A stretch of DNA of 64,000 nucleotides, from contig CAXXKA010000004.1 in assembly GCA_963668625.2 (NCBI GenBank), positions 1 to 64,000 of the forward strand, in the 5' to 3' direction. Positions 10,528 to 21,031 of the stretch are shown piece after piece. The notes under the pieces are model-generated. The model was not told the DNA's origin. It did no database searches and saw nothing but the letters and a program-made list of their open reading frames with translations. Positions within the stretch are counted from its first letter, which is position 1. The number at the start of each line of letters is the position of its first letter. The stretch comes from an uncultured candidate division Zixibacteria bacterium. Lineage in GTDB: Bacteria; Zixibacteria; MSB-5A5; UBA10806; 4484-95. The position numbers and the translations under genes were made by a program.

Positions 10528-11370
10528 TTATTTACCCATATCTTTCAACATTGCGCTGGAATTGTCAATCTCTTCAACCGCTTTTTTCAGATATATTTCC
10601 AACTCGTCATACGTAATCTCCAATCTATCCCATGCCTCACTGAAAAACTCTGTCACGTAATAACTTCCGCTATCGCCGATCTCCAGGGCATGACACAAAA
10701 TATCGGCAATATTGACCGCCGAGGCATGTAATATATGGGACGGGGCGTCATTTGGGCTGTGGTGGTAAGCAATCGATTCAGTTATATTTTCTGGGAAATT
10801 CCATTTTTGTGATAGCGCCTCCCCCAATTTTTGATGATCTATACTGAAATAATCGCTCTCCAGTTTTAATGGTATGGCGTTTTCGCGAGAGGTGTACAAT
10901 TTCTCGAATCGCAACGGATCTATTTTTACGAATATCAATCGCCCTATATCATGAAGAATCCCGCCTAGAAATCCCTCATTCCTTATCTCTGACTTTTGCT
11001 TAGAAAGAAGGTTTTTAGCGATTACACCTACCCCAAAAGAATGTAGCCAGAATTGATTGAGATCGAGCGCTTTGTTTTGAACCTTTATCGAGTTCAGCAT
11101 CGAGGTGGTGAGGAGTAATTGATGAATGGTATTCATCCCAAGCATTGTGATCGCCTCCTCCACCGAGGTAATCTTACCGGCGAAACCATAGAACGGTGAA
11201 TTTACCAGCCGCAATATTTTAGCCGTAAATGCCTGATCGGTTTCGATAATATTGGCCAGCTCATGATACGGCACATTACTATCACTCATACATTCATTCA
11301 ATTTCTGCACTACTATCGGGGGTGAGGGGAGGTTAAGTTGCCGATCTAATATGCTCACATCAACTTTCAT
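10528..11370 (-). CDS. HDOD domain protein
   Basis: LPSPP, D.AFTAKILRLVNSPFYG, FWLHS, GILHDIGR, W.FP...IAYHH motifs. Confidence 0.92.
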   Translation of the reverse strand: MKVDVSILDRQLNLPSPPIVVQKLNECMSDSNVPYHELANIIETDQAFTAKILRLVNSPFYGFAGKITSVEEAITMLGMNTIHQLLLTTSMLNSIKVQNKALDLNQFWLHSFGVGVIAKNLLSKQKSEIRNEGFLGGILHDIGRLIFVKIDPLRFEKLYTSRENAIPLKLESDYFSIDHQKLGEALSQKWNFPENITESIAYHHSPNDAPSHILHASAVNIADILCHALEIGDSGSYYVTEFFSEAWDRLEITYDELEIYLKKAVEEIDNSSAMLKDMGK

Positions 11371-11594
11371 TTCATATCACCTTGATCCTCATGACTGTTT
11401 TTATTCAATTTCTCCAGCACTCTCACGATATTTTCCACCTCCGGATAATGCATCACCATAGATAAACATCTGAATGACGCAGCCTCTTCACCCTTCGCCT
11501 GGTTATCATTTTCCGGCAGGAATATGTTTTCAATACCGCCGAGCTTATCCGGCGTACTATCGTTCGAATCTATATTGGCCATTGAATCACTCAC
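11367..11594 (-). CDS. Small hypothetical protein in the signalling operon
   Basis: Overlaps both neighbours; no recognised motif. Confidence 0.5.
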   Translation of the reverse strand: MSDSMANIDSNDSTPDKLGGIENIFLPENDNQAKGEEAASFRCLSMVMHYPEVENIVRVLEKLNKNSHEDQGDMK

Positions 11595-12096
11595 TCTCTA
11601 TTACGAACGAACCATCCTTAGTCTTGTTCTTAGCCGTAATTCCGGGATATTGTTTTTCGAGTAAATTGAGCATATCTTCTTTTACCATAATATCTTTTTT
11701 AAGTTTACTATTTTCTTTCTCCAGATCTCTCATTATCAGGGCATGCTTGACTGAGAATTTCAACTCGAAATCATCCGATGGCTTACTGAAAAATCTGTAT
11801 ATCTCCCCCTTGTTGATCGCTTCTTTAGCAACCTCGAAATCGGTCACACCGGTCAACATCATCCTGATCGTATTGGGATGTCGTAAACGAACCATATTCA
11901 GGAATTCTATGCCGGATATATCCGGCATATTATAATCACTTATCACCAGATCCATGGAATCCCCGGTCATAATCTCCAGCGCTTTTCTAGCATTTTCGGC
12001 AGTATAAACATCGTAATTTTCTTCCTTGAATACCCTTTGCAAGCTTTTGAGTACATTCGGTGAATCATCCACCAATAATATTTTATATTGCGGCAT
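11587..12096 (-). CDS. Response regulator (REC plus coiled coil)
   Basis: LLVDD, ISDYNMP, MLTG, FFSKP motifs. Confidence 0.9.
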   Translation of the reverse strand: MPQYKILLVDDSPNVLKSLQRVFKEENYDVYTAENARKALEIMTGDSMDLVISDYNMPDISGIEFLNMVRLRHPNTIRMMLTGVTDFEVAKEAINKGEIYRFFSKPSDDFELKFSVKHALIMRDLEKENSKLKKDIMVKEDMLNLLEKQYPGITAKNKTKDGSFVIESE

Positions 12097-13405
12097 TTAC
12101 TACTCCTTGATTTTTTATTTGACGGTTAACAGCGATTCCTCCGGTTATCGGGTCGAGGCTGTTAATCTTATTAATCCTCTTAATCATATTTATTGATAAT
12201 TTCGCGCCTTTTGGTAAAAGAAACATTCCGCTGCGCGTGTGGATGTCCTCGGCCAAAATCATATCCTGCGCCAGTTCGTGAGGTTTAATGACAATCGTAT
12301 CGGAGGTTTCCGGAATAGCAAATGATTGAGCCAGATCATGTTCAATAACCTTTTTGACCAAGTCGGGATCGAAAAACACTGCTGATTTTTCAACCAGATA
12401 AGCGGCGGATTCTTTTAATAGCCGGGAGGATGGATAACCATCGGCAAAAGCCAGTTTGTCGAATGCGTTGGCTATCCGAATGATTCTTCCTCCGAGAGGC
12501 ACGTATTCTTCTCGTAAACCATCAGGGAAACCGCTGCCGTTAAAATTCTCGTGATGGCTGCGGATTATCATTCCAATCTCGCCAAACCCTTCTACATCGT
12601 AAACACATATCTGGCCAAGAACCGGATGATTTTTGTACTGCTCCCAATCACCTTTAGTGAAATCCGATTGCCTTTTGGCGAGCAGTCTATCCGGCAAGCC
12701 CATTTTCCCGATATCATGAAGGTATGAGGCTATTACGACATCCTGATAATCTTTCTTATCGAGGCCTATGTGCTTGCATATTTTAGAGGCCATCGAAGCT
12801 ACCCGCTGTGAATGGCTACCGACATCTTTAAAACGAAGATCAATAATAGTCGAAAAGGATTTTATCGTACCCATGAAACTATGTGCCAATTTATCATGCT
12901 GGCTTTTTATCTCTGCCGTTTGCTCATCGACTTTATCTTTCAGGTTCAAGTTCAAGCTTTTTAACTGCTTATTTTGCTTTATCAAAAGCTGATTCAAACG
13001 TTTGTTTTCGGTGGATATCCGGTATAGTTCGAGAGATTCTTTCACCCGGCTCAAAAGCTCATCATCATCCCATGGTTTGTTGATATAATATTTCACAGAG
13101 CCGTTGTTTATCGCATTAATAGTGGCATCGACATCCGCGTATCCGGTTAATAGTATTCTCACAGTATCAGGGGAAATACTTTTCGCTTTCTCCAAAAACT
13201 CTACACCTGTCAGATTAGGCATTCGTTGGTCGGATATGATCAGAGAAATCTCATTATTTTTATCGCCAACGATTTCAAGCGCCTCGAGACTGCTGGTGGT
13301 CGTTATGATTTTGACATCCAGTGTTCTGAGCAGTCTTCGAAGAGATTTGATTATCCCATCCTCATCATCGACGGCTAATATTACGGGAATCGCTTCATCG
13401 CTCAT
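12083..13405 (-). CDS. Response regulator with HD-GYP-type domain
   Basis: REC (AVDDE, SDQRMP, KPW), then HSQRV, LHDIGK, HHENFNGSGFPDGL; start moved to MSDEAIP at 13405. Confidence 0.9.
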   Translation of the reverse strand: MSDEAIPVILAVDDEDGIIKSLRRLLRTLDVKIITTTSSLEALEIVGDKNNEISLIISDQRMPNLTGVEFLEKAKSISPDTVRILLTGYADVDATINAINNGSVKYYINKPWDDDELLSRVKESLELYRISTENKRLNQLLIKQNKQLKSLNLNLKDKVDEQTAEIKSQHDKLAHSFMGTIKSFSTIIDLRFKDVGSHSQRVASMASKICKHIGLDKKDYQDVVIASYLHDIGKMGLPDRLLAKRQSDFTKGDWEQYKNHPVLGQICVYDVEGFGEIGMIIRSHHENFNGSGFPDGLREEYVPLGGRIIRIANAFDKLAFADGYPSSRLLKESAAYLVEKSAVFFDPDLVKKVIEHDLAQSFAIPETSDTIVIKPHELAQDMILAEDIHTRSGMFLLPKGAKLSINMIKRINKINSLDPITGGIAVNRQIKNQGVVNAAI

Positions 13406-14258
13406 TACCTGCCCCGATTTCCTTTTTTGATTTTCCAATTTCTGCTTGATATTTATTGTAATCGGTATAGTAATACAGCCCAATAGCGCCCAATGAATCA
13501 GGTAAAGCAATCCATATGACGGCGACATCACTGTATTCTTCGAGCACATGAGAAAATGTTTGATTCTCGAGCAAACATTTCCGGAACTGTTCGCACTCGA
13601 AGTCGCTCAATGTCTCCTCGATACTCATGCTCAGCCCAATCGAACCTATCGGCAAATAATCCGCTATAGCGCCATTCATATAAACAATCGTGCCCGAGGG
13701 ATCGACCCCGATAACGCCTACGGGAAGGTAATTCAATATGTTTTGAGCAAGCGCCAGAGCTCGATTCTTTACCTGCAAATCATAAGTTCTTTGCCTGACT
13801 TTTGCCTCGAGCGTTTTAGTTAAATCCTCGAGCGCCCGGTTTTTTCTCTGTAGCTCGAGATAGAGCAATTCGAATTCCTGCTGAAGATTATGTTGTTCGA
13901 TCGAGCTTGAAATAGTTGTCAGCAACTCTTGATCGTTCCAGGGCTTGGTGATAAACCTGTATATCTGCCCCTCGTTAATCGCCTCGACTATGGCAACGGC
14001 ATCGGCGTAACCGCTTAATATTAGCCTGATAGTATCGGGAGATCTCTCCTTGACCTTGCTTAAGAATTCAACGCCGTTCATCCCGGGCATACGATAGTCA
14101 GAAACCACGACATCTATTTTATTGCTCTCTAACTTCTCCAGCCCCTCTTCGCCTGATTGGGCGGTAATGATATTATATTCGGTTTCCATCAATAGACGTT
14201 TCAACGATTTCAAGACATTCGGCTCGTCATCGACTATTAGTATAGAATGTTCAGTCAT
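13395..14258 (-). CDS. Response regulator with coiled coil and PAS-like C-terminus
   Basis: IVDDE, SDYRMP, LSG, TKPW; ILNYLPVGVIGVD PAS-like start. Confidence 0.88.
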   Translation of the reverse strand: MTEHSILIVDDEPNVLKSLKRLLMETEYNIITAQSGEEGLEKLESNKIDVVVSDYRMPGMNGVEFLSKVKERSPDTIRLILSGYADAVAIVEAINEGQIYRFITKPWNDQELLTTISSSIEQHNLQQEFELLYLELQRKNRALEDLTKTLEAKVRQRTYDLQVKNRALALAQNILNYLPVGVIGVDPSGTIVYMNGAIADYLPIGSIGLSMSIEETLSDFECEQFRKCLLENQTFSHVLEEYSDVAVIWIALPDSLGAIGLYYYTDYNKYQAEIGKSKKEIGAGNER

Positions 14259-16547
14259 TTATTCACCTCTTACGGGTAGCTCAATAATGAATTCGCTGCC
14301 AACGCCCAGTTCGCTTTTTACATCGATTTTACCATCATGTTTTCCAATAATATCAAACACCAGGCTCAGCCCCAAACCGGTTCCCTTGCCGACATCTTTA
14401 GTAGTGAAAAATGGCTCGAATATTTTACTCAGATTTTCCTCGGGTATGCCAGAACCATTATCTTTAATCGATATATAAATATTATTCATTTTTGCCCAGG
14501 TCGTAATAGTGATCAGCCCCTCTTTGTGAGCAATCGAATGGCTGGCATTAACCAGCAGATTCATAAATACCTGATTTAATTGATTCAGATTACATAAGGT
14601 ATCCGGAAGCTCGCCGTAGTTTTTATCCACCTTGCAGTTATATTTTAATTCGTTCCAGACAATATTAAGCGTTGTTTCGATTCCCTCGTTAATATCCGCA
14701 TGCTCCAATTCGCTTTTGTCGATCCTCGAGAATGATTTGAGATCGGAGACGATTTTCTTTACGCGTTGTGCTCCCTCCTGAGATTCCACTATGGCATCTT
14801 TGAAATCTATCATGATCTCTTTGATATCCGTTATTTCATTGTCCGGCAAAGAATCGGAGCATTGATTGATTCTTTTATCGATTTTATCTATATATTTAGA
14901 CATTGTATTGAGGTTTGAGCTGATATAACCCATAGGATTGTTGATCTCATGCGCTACACCGGCTGCCAGGGTGCCGATGGCTGCCAGTTTTTCAGATTGC
15001 ATAAGCTTTTGACGGGAAAGATGAATATCGGTAACATCCTGATGCAAGCCGATTATACCGGCGAATTCGCCATTATTATCGAAAATAGGGATTTTAGTAT
15101 TAGAATACCAGATAGATTCACCACGAGTATTAATATATTGTATCTCGCTGTTTATCACTTCCTCGCCGGACTCTCTCACTAGTAAGTCATCCTTATGATA
15201 CACCTCGGCTTTATCAGGCGGGACCAAATTGTGAATAGTATTACCGATTATTTCATCGGGGTGCTTTCCTACCGCATCACATAGGGCTTTATTGACAACG
15301 ATGAAATTCAGGTCCCTATCCTTGATATACATCTCAGCGTGTACCGCGTTGATAAGTTCCGTATACTGGCGAACGAGCTTAGACTGTATTTCCCGAGCCT
15401 CCAGTTGCTTGGTTCTATCTCGAATAATACTTATAGCATGCCACTTATTATCCACGGGTATGGCCGAGAGAGAGATTTCGATAGCGATCTCCTCACCGTT
15501 TTTACGCTTTCCCCAGAGTTCCAGGGAATCTCCGATAGCATTCCCCGTACCTGATTTAAAGAAATGTTCCAGACCTTGTCTAACGCTTTCCATATATCTT
15601 TCGGGAGTTATCAATCGATGGCATTCCTTGCCGATCGCCTCATCTCTCGAGTAACCGAATATTCTTTCCGCGGCCCTATTCCAATAATATATTTTTTCAT
15701 TCTCATCCATCATGATAATAGCATCATGGGCTGAACGTGAGATGTGATTGTAAAGTATCTCCCGTTTTTGCAGCAATTCGAACATTATCTGCTTTTCGGT
15801 AATATCCTCGAAAACGACCCCTACACAGTCATCCGGTAATGGGTAAGCTTTAACTCTGAGAATCGTTTTATCTTTTCTTTCTTCATCGATATGACAGGCA
15901 CTTTCAATATTACAAACCTCGCCGCTATTAACAACTCGAGCCAGCTCCTGCGGAATACCCATATTGCGTAGATGAGGGAATACATCATCAATAAACTTTC
16001 CAAGCTTATCTTCAGGATTAATTCCCGTAACCTCGGTACTGAATTGATTACTCGCGATAATTCTTAGCGATTTGTCATCATCGAGATTCTCCATCTTATA
16101 TATACATAGTCCGAGTTGCATGGCATTGATTGCATGCTCGTATATCTCATTAGCAAATGGAGATTCGACAAGGTACTCTACCAGATATTTTGCTTTACCG
16201 TTTTCATCGAGAAGCGGAACACAATACATTTCCGGTAGACGGTAATTATAAGATGCCGACCATTTTATGCATCTGCCATAAAAAGGTTTGCCCCTTTCAG
16301 TCAACTTATTTAAAGGACAATCTTTATTTGACATATCACAAGGAGATTTAATATTGTACACTAATTTATGACAGCAAACCGGATTGCCCTCTTGCGGTTC
16401 ATATCGAAAATTCGAAAATATAATCTTATTCGAATTTATATCGAGAACATAAGCTTTCAGAGGAAATGTATCCAGAATGGCTTTTTTAATAAAGCTTTCA
16501 TCGGTCGAGCTATGCTCTATATTTTTTAATTCATCAATTGAGCCCAT
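14259..16547 (-). CDS. Cytoplasmic multi-PAS sensor histidine kinase (NtrB-like)
   Basis: PAS domains; H-box GVAHEINNP, N-box NLLVNA, G1 DNGSG, F-box FEPFFTTK, G2 GTGLGL. Confidence 0.93.
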   Translation of the reverse strand: MGSIDELKNIEHSSTDESFIKKAILDTFPLKAYVLDINSNKIIFSNFRYEPQEGNPVCCHKLVYNIKSPCDMSNKDCPLNKLTERGKPFYGRCIKWSASYNYRLPEMYCVPLLDENGKAKYLVEYLVESPFANEIYEHAINAMQLGLCIYKMENLDDDKSLRIIASNQFSTEVTGINPEDKLGKFIDDVFPHLRNMGIPQELARVVNSGEVCNIESACHIDEERKDKTILRVKAYPLPDDCVGVVFEDITEKQIMFELLQKREILYNHISRSAHDAIIMMDENEKIYYWNRAAERIFGYSRDEAIGKECHRLITPERYMESVRQGLEHFFKSGTGNAIGDSLELWGKRKNGEEIAIEISLSAIPVDNKWHAISIIRDRTKQLEAREIQSKLVRQYTELINAVHAEMYIKDRDLNFIVVNKALCDAVGKHPDEIIGNTIHNLVPPDKAEVYHKDDLLVRESGEEVINSEIQYINTRGESIWYSNTKIPIFDNNGEFAGIIGLHQDVTDIHLSRQKLMQSEKLAAIGTLAAGVAHEINNPMGYISSNLNTMSKYIDKIDKRINQCSDSLPDNEITDIKEIMIDFKDAIVESQEGAQRVKKIVSDLKSFSRIDKSELEHADINEGIETTLNIVWNELKYNCKVDKNYGELPDTLCNLNQLNQVFMNLLVNASHSIAHKEGLITITTWAKMNNIYISIKDNGSGIPEENLSKIFEPFFTTKDVGKGTGLGLSLVFDIIGKHDGKIDVKSELGVGSEFIIELPVRGE

Positions 16548-16994
16548 TTGCGTTTTCCAGGATAAAATTAAATGGATATAAATGATAATGGCTTATAACC
16601 AAATTGATTTTCATTTACCCCCCATTAGTAAATTGAATTTTTATATCGTTAATATATTTACAATATCGGTTAGCTTAGTTAAATATTAAACATGTCATAA
16701 TATTAAACTTATTTATGATACAGTTTAAACATGTACATTAATGTTATTAGCTGTTGTGTTATTGTCATCGAGATAAACATGATTTTATATAAATTACCAA
16801 TGGTGGCCGGTGTTTTGATGCCGATCGTTCGATTACCCAGGCAATCGTTAGCAAAAACTGTTTTTCGATATGATCTTATAGTCGGCGTATCAGGATTTAA
16901 GCTGCGACATCCAGAGTTTTTTCAGCCAATAAGTAAAAAGCCGGACGCTATTGCAATGAACATATATGTAATTATTAATCCAGGAACAAAAAAA

Positions 16995-17067
16995 TGGAGC
17001 TTGCCGGGATCGAACCGGCGACCTTTTGACTGCCAGTCAAACGCTCTCCCAACTGAGCTAAAGCCCC
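16995..17067 (-). tRNA. tRNA-Ala (GGC)
   Basis: GGGGCTTTAGCTCAGTTGGGAGAGCGTTTGACTGGCAGTCAAAAGGTCGCCGGTTCGATCCCGGCAAGCTCCA; G3:U70 pair, anticodon GGC, CCA not encoded. Confidence 0.97.
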
Positions 17068-17240
17068 ATTAAATCGAGATATGTTTGCTCGCAAGTGCAA
17101 GCCCTGTCAATATATGCGAAATACTGTCGCTGTCAAGGAATTTATCGTTAAAAGATTATATTCGTTTATAAAATCGATCCGAACATCACATCTCGGCTAT
17201 ATTTCAGTGGTATAGTTCGATTGAATGGATATACTAATAA

Positions 17241-18704
17241 TCAGGGTAGAATGTTGGCGGCCGCTATCTCAGCCCATCTAAGCCAGGTTTCCGGGAAGAT
17301 ACCGATATACAGGACACCAACTAAAGTTATAACTATCGCTATCATCAGGGTTGGGGTGATCGCTACATCTACCATCCGATCATTCGCGGGTTTCATGTAC
17401 ATGGCTACAACTATGCGTAGATAATAAAAAATAGAGATTACGCTGTTCAAAACGCCAATGACAGCAAGCCAGATATATCCGTTCTGAATCGCCGATTTGA
17501 ACACCATGAATTTGCCGATAAAACCAGCCGTTCCGGGAATACCTCCTAATGAGGCCATAAAGATTGTCATAGCGATGGCCGCGAACGGGAATTTCGAGCC
17601 GAAACCAGAATAGTCGGAGATATTTTCGTAGAACTCTCCCCTTTCGGCAAACAGGATGATGATGGTAAAAGCGCCTAAATTCATCAGGGTGTAAGCGAAC
17701 AAGTAAAATGCTGCCGCCGAGATACCATCAAAGCCAACCGTAATAGCTATCAAAATGTAGCCTACATGGGCGATAGAGGAGTAAGCCAGCATACGCTTGA
17801 TATTCGATTGAGTTAGTGCCAGAATATTACCCCAGGTCATAGTCACAACTGCCAACACCCAGAATATACTGGTGAAATCGAGCATTGAGGACTGAGCAGT
17901 GCCAAAATCGGGAATATTAACGACGAATATCCTTATTATAGCAATAATTGCCGCTGCTTTGGGGCCGGCCGACATAAAGGCGGTTGCCGGAGCTGGAGCG
18001 CCCTCGTAAACATCGGGAATCCACATATGGAAAGGCACGACACCGGCTTTGAAAGCCAAACCGATCAATATCATCAACATGCCTACCACTACATAGAATA
18101 CCGGGAACGCCTCGCCACCCGAGACCAAAGCCGAGATTATTACCAGATTTGTAGTTTTGAACGCTCCGTAAATGAACGCGATACCATAAAGCAAGAATCC
18201 GGAGGCAAACGCTCCTAACAGAAAATACTTCAATGAGGCCTCTGCCGAACGATTGCGCTCTTTATATATTCCTGCCAGCACATACAGAGGAATACTCATC
18301 ATCTCCAGCCCGATAAATATGGTGATCAAATCCACCGAGGAGGCCATAACCATCATACCGAAAGTAGCCAGAAGTATAAGCGTGTAGTACTCGCCTATCT
18401 CGGGGAACTCACGTTTTTGATAAGTGGCGGAGAGGAATACGGTAATGAGTGTGCCTAAACAAAATATCGTTTTGAAATACGAACCGGCGGTATCGTTTAC
18501 GATCATGCCATAGAAAGAATCGCCCGGCGTATTAAAATTACGGAATACCAACTGCATAGCGACAATGACACCGACAAATGATATAGCTCCCAGCACCCAT
18601 TTGTTCCTGGGCGAGAGCATAAGATCGACGATCAGCACCAGTGCGGCGGTGGCCACGATTACCATCTCGGGATATATTACCAGCCAATTAACATCCGGCA
18701 TCAT
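17241..18704 (-). CDS. nuoN: NADH-quinone oxidoreductase subunit N
   Basis: EASLKYFLLG, FKAGVVPFHMWIPDVYEGAP, KRMLAYSSIAH. Confidence 0.96.
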   Translation of the reverse strand: MMPDVNWLVIYPEMVIVATAALVLIVDLMLSPRNKWVLGAISFVGVIVAMQLVFRNFNTPGDSFYGMIVNDTAGSYFKTIFCLGTLITVFLSATYQKREFPEIGEYYTLILLATFGMMVMASSVDLITIFIGLEMMSIPLYVLAGIYKERNRSAEASLKYFLLGAFASGFLLYGIAFIYGAFKTTNLVIISALVSGGEAFPVFYVVVGMLMILIGLAFKAGVVPFHMWIPDVYEGAPAPATAFMSAGPKAAAIIAIIRIFVVNIPDFGTAQSSMLDFTSIFWVLAVVTMTWGNILALTQSNIKRMLAYSSIAHVGYILIAITVGFDGISAAAFYLFAYTLMNLGAFTIIILFAERGEFYENISDYSGFGSKFPFAAIAMTIFMASLGGIPGTAGFIGKFMVFKSAIQNGYIWLAVIGVLNSVISIFYYLRIVVAMYMKPANDRMVDVAITPTLMIAIVITLVGVLYIGIFPETWLRWAEIAAANILP

Positions 18705-20305
18705 TTCGCCACCCCTTCCCCGTTATGAGTCAATATCTGGGCATCATCCTCAAACTCTTCCGACTCGGGGGAAATAGCCATATCCATCTCGAAATTATAG
18801 GCCGAGGCTTGCGAACGATCTTTCACGGTCTCGATCAGGTTCTGTACGGATGGCTCTATCAGTTTCAAGAACGGTTTGGGATAAACACCGATCCAGAATA
18901 TCATTACGATAAGCGGAATAATAAGAAGCCTCTCACGCCAGTTGATATCTTTCAAAATCTTGTTAGCCTCTATTTTTACCTCGCCGTAAAACACCCGTTG
19001 CACCATCCACAGCATATAAACCGCGGCTACGATAACACCGGTGGTTGCAATCACCGCGAAAGTGACATTCGTTTTAAACATCCCCAGAAGAATAAGGAAT
19101 TCGCCGACGAAACCGTTAGTGCCCGGTAATCCAATAGAGGACAGGGCCACGATCAAAAAAGCGGTCGCGAAAACCGGCATTACATGAGCTATGCCACCGA
19201 AATCATCTATCATGCGTGTATGGCGGCGTTCGTAAATCATGCCAACTAGCATAAACAGCGCGCCCGTTGAGACACCGTGGTTAATCATCTGAAGAATCGA
19301 GCCGGACATTCCCTGCATATTGAATGCAAATATCCCGAGCACTACGAATCCCATATGGGCCACCGAGGAAAACGCCACCAGCGATTTAACATCTCGCTGC
19401 ACCGCCGAGACCAAACCGCCATAAACTATACCGATTAAGGCCAACACGATTATCCAGGGCATGAACTGTATAGCGGCATCGGGGAATAACGGTAGACAGA
19501 AACGGAGGAAACCATAGGTACCCATTTTCAGTAATACGCCCGCTAGTATGATCGAACCGGCGGTTGGCGCCTGTACGTGCGCATCGGGCAACCATGTATG
19601 GAACGGAAACATAGGCACCTTGATAGCGAAAGCCAGAGCGAACGCCGCAAACAGCCATATCTGCGTTTGAGGCGCGATACTCATCTCGGCTAACATCATG
19701 GTGACATCGAATGAATAAACCCCCGTAAACTGATGGTTCATGAAATAGAGCCAGAGTATAGCCAGTAACATCAGAAGCGAGCCGACCATCGTGTATATGA
19801 TAAACTTGATCGCGGCGTAAATTCGCCTGTCTCCACCCCAGACGCCGATCAGGAAGTACATCGGTAAAAGCATGACCTCCCAGAAGACGTAGAACAGGAA
19901 CAGGTCAAGCGACAAGAATACGCCCAGCATACCCGTTTCCAGCATCAGGAAAGCGATCATGAATCCTTTGACCTTTTCGGTTATCGCGCTCCAGGTGGAG
20001 GCTATGGCTATCACGCTGATGAAAGTCGTAAGTATAATCAGAAGAATCGAGATACCATCGACTGCGACCAGGTATTGAATACCCAGTGATTTAATCCACG
20101 CTAGCTTTTCCATGAATTGGTAATCGGAGGTCGAACCATCGAAATTCATCACCAGGATAATGGACAGGACGAAATTGGCAAGTGCGGTAAGAAGCGCCAC
20201 CGTACGAATGATGTTTTTCTGATTCTTGCCAATAAGCAGCAACAGCAACACGCCAACCATGGGCGTAAATATAATCGAGGATAAAATCGGCCAACTAATC
20301 ATCAA
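18701..20305 (-). CDS. nuoM: NADH-quinone oxidoreductase subunit M
   Basis: FYVFWEVML, KVPMFPFHTWLPDAHVQAP, LLKMGTYG. Confidence 0.96.
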   Translation of the reverse strand: MMISWPILSSIIFTPMVGVLLLLLIGKNQKNIIRTVALLTALANFVLSIILVMNFDGSTSDYQFMEKLAWIKSLGIQYLVAVDGISILLIILTTFISVIAIASTWSAITEKVKGFMIAFLMLETGMLGVFLSLDLFLFYVFWEVMLLPMYFLIGVWGGDRRIYAAIKFIIYTMVGSLLMLLAILWLYFMNHQFTGVYSFDVTMMLAEMSIAPQTQIWLFAAFALAFAIKVPMFPFHTWLPDAHVQAPTAGSIILAGVLLKMGTYGFLRFCLPLFPDAAIQFMPWIIVLALIGIVYGGLVSAVQRDVKSLVAFSSVAHMGFVVLGIFAFNMQGMSGSILQMINHGVSTGALFMLVGMIYERRHTRMIDDFGGIAHVMPVFATAFLIVALSSIGLPGTNGFVGEFLILLGMFKTNVTFAVIATTGVIVAAVYMLWMVQRVFYGEVKIEANKILKDINWRERLLIIPLIVMIFWIGVYPKPFLKLIEPSVQNLIETVKDRSQASAYNFEMDMAISPESEEFEDDAQILTHNGEGVAK

Positions 20306-21030
20306 TTACTCACCATCGTTAAACAAATTCTCGAATGTTTTTTTATAAACAGGCTCACGAAATTATCACACAGCTTCCAGAACCAGTAAGGCATCCAGCG
20401 CATAAGAAAGTAAGACACCAGCGTAATTTGCAGAGCCCGGTTAATAAACGGTTTCATCCTGACTATCCGTAAGCCTGAATCTTTGAACACGCCGCGCAGT
20501 TTGTCATCATCAAAACTGTGAAGATGCGCGTGTATTGGCGTGGGCTTATTGCAGTGTATGCATATATGATAGTCGATAGTTTCCTTGTACGGCACCGAGA
20601 CAAAGAACTTTCCGCCGGGTTTGATACATCTCCCCGCCTCAACTGCGGCCTCCGATGGCTCCTCGAAATGTTCGTAGACATCGTTGGAGGTTGCCCGGTC
20701 GAATACGTTATCCTTAAACGGCATATTACACAAATCAGCTACGACATACAGGCCTTTGCCTTCGGGATCGTAACGTTCCTTTATCTTGCGGAGATTGTAA
20801 TCCGACAGATCAGTTGAGACAACAGTCACCCCCTGCGGCAGATAATCGCGAGCAATCCAGCCGCCGCCGGATCCGCAATCGACTACCATCATGCCGGGCT
20901 TGAAATCGTATGTCCGTCTCAGAAACTGCATCCGTCTTCTTTCCTCATCCTCTATCGCCGGGTTTGCTACTTTGAAATAATCGTAGTACTCGGCATCGGT
21001 GCGGTAATGTTTTATCTTATCGTCTAACAC
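20302..21030 (-). CDS. Class I SAM-dependent methyltransferase inside the nuo operon
   Basis: Motif I VVDCGSGGG, ADLCNMPF, FD, IKPGG; additional CIHC...HAHLH motif. Confidence 0.85.
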   Translation of the reverse strand: MLDDKIKHYRTDAEYYDYFKVANPAIEDEERRRMQFLRRTYDFKPGMMVVDCGSGGGWIARDYLPQGVTVVSTDLSDYNLRKIKERYDPEGKGLYVVADLCNMPFKDNVFDRATSNDVYEHFEEPSEAAVEAGRCIKPGGKFFVSVPYKETIDYHICIHCNKPTPIHAHLHSFDDDKLRGVFKDSGLRIVRMKPFINRALQITLVSYFLMRWMPYWFWKLCDNFVSLFIKKHSRICLTMVSN

Positions 21031-21031
21031 A

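Noticed and set aside
9887-17067. Integrative element at tRNA-Ala
   Set aside because: No integrase is present and I found no duplicated tRNA 3' end; only a compositional hint remains
16731-17072. 113-aa ORF on the plus strand
   Set aside because: Its 3' part is the antisense of tRNA-Ala and it has no recognisable protein features
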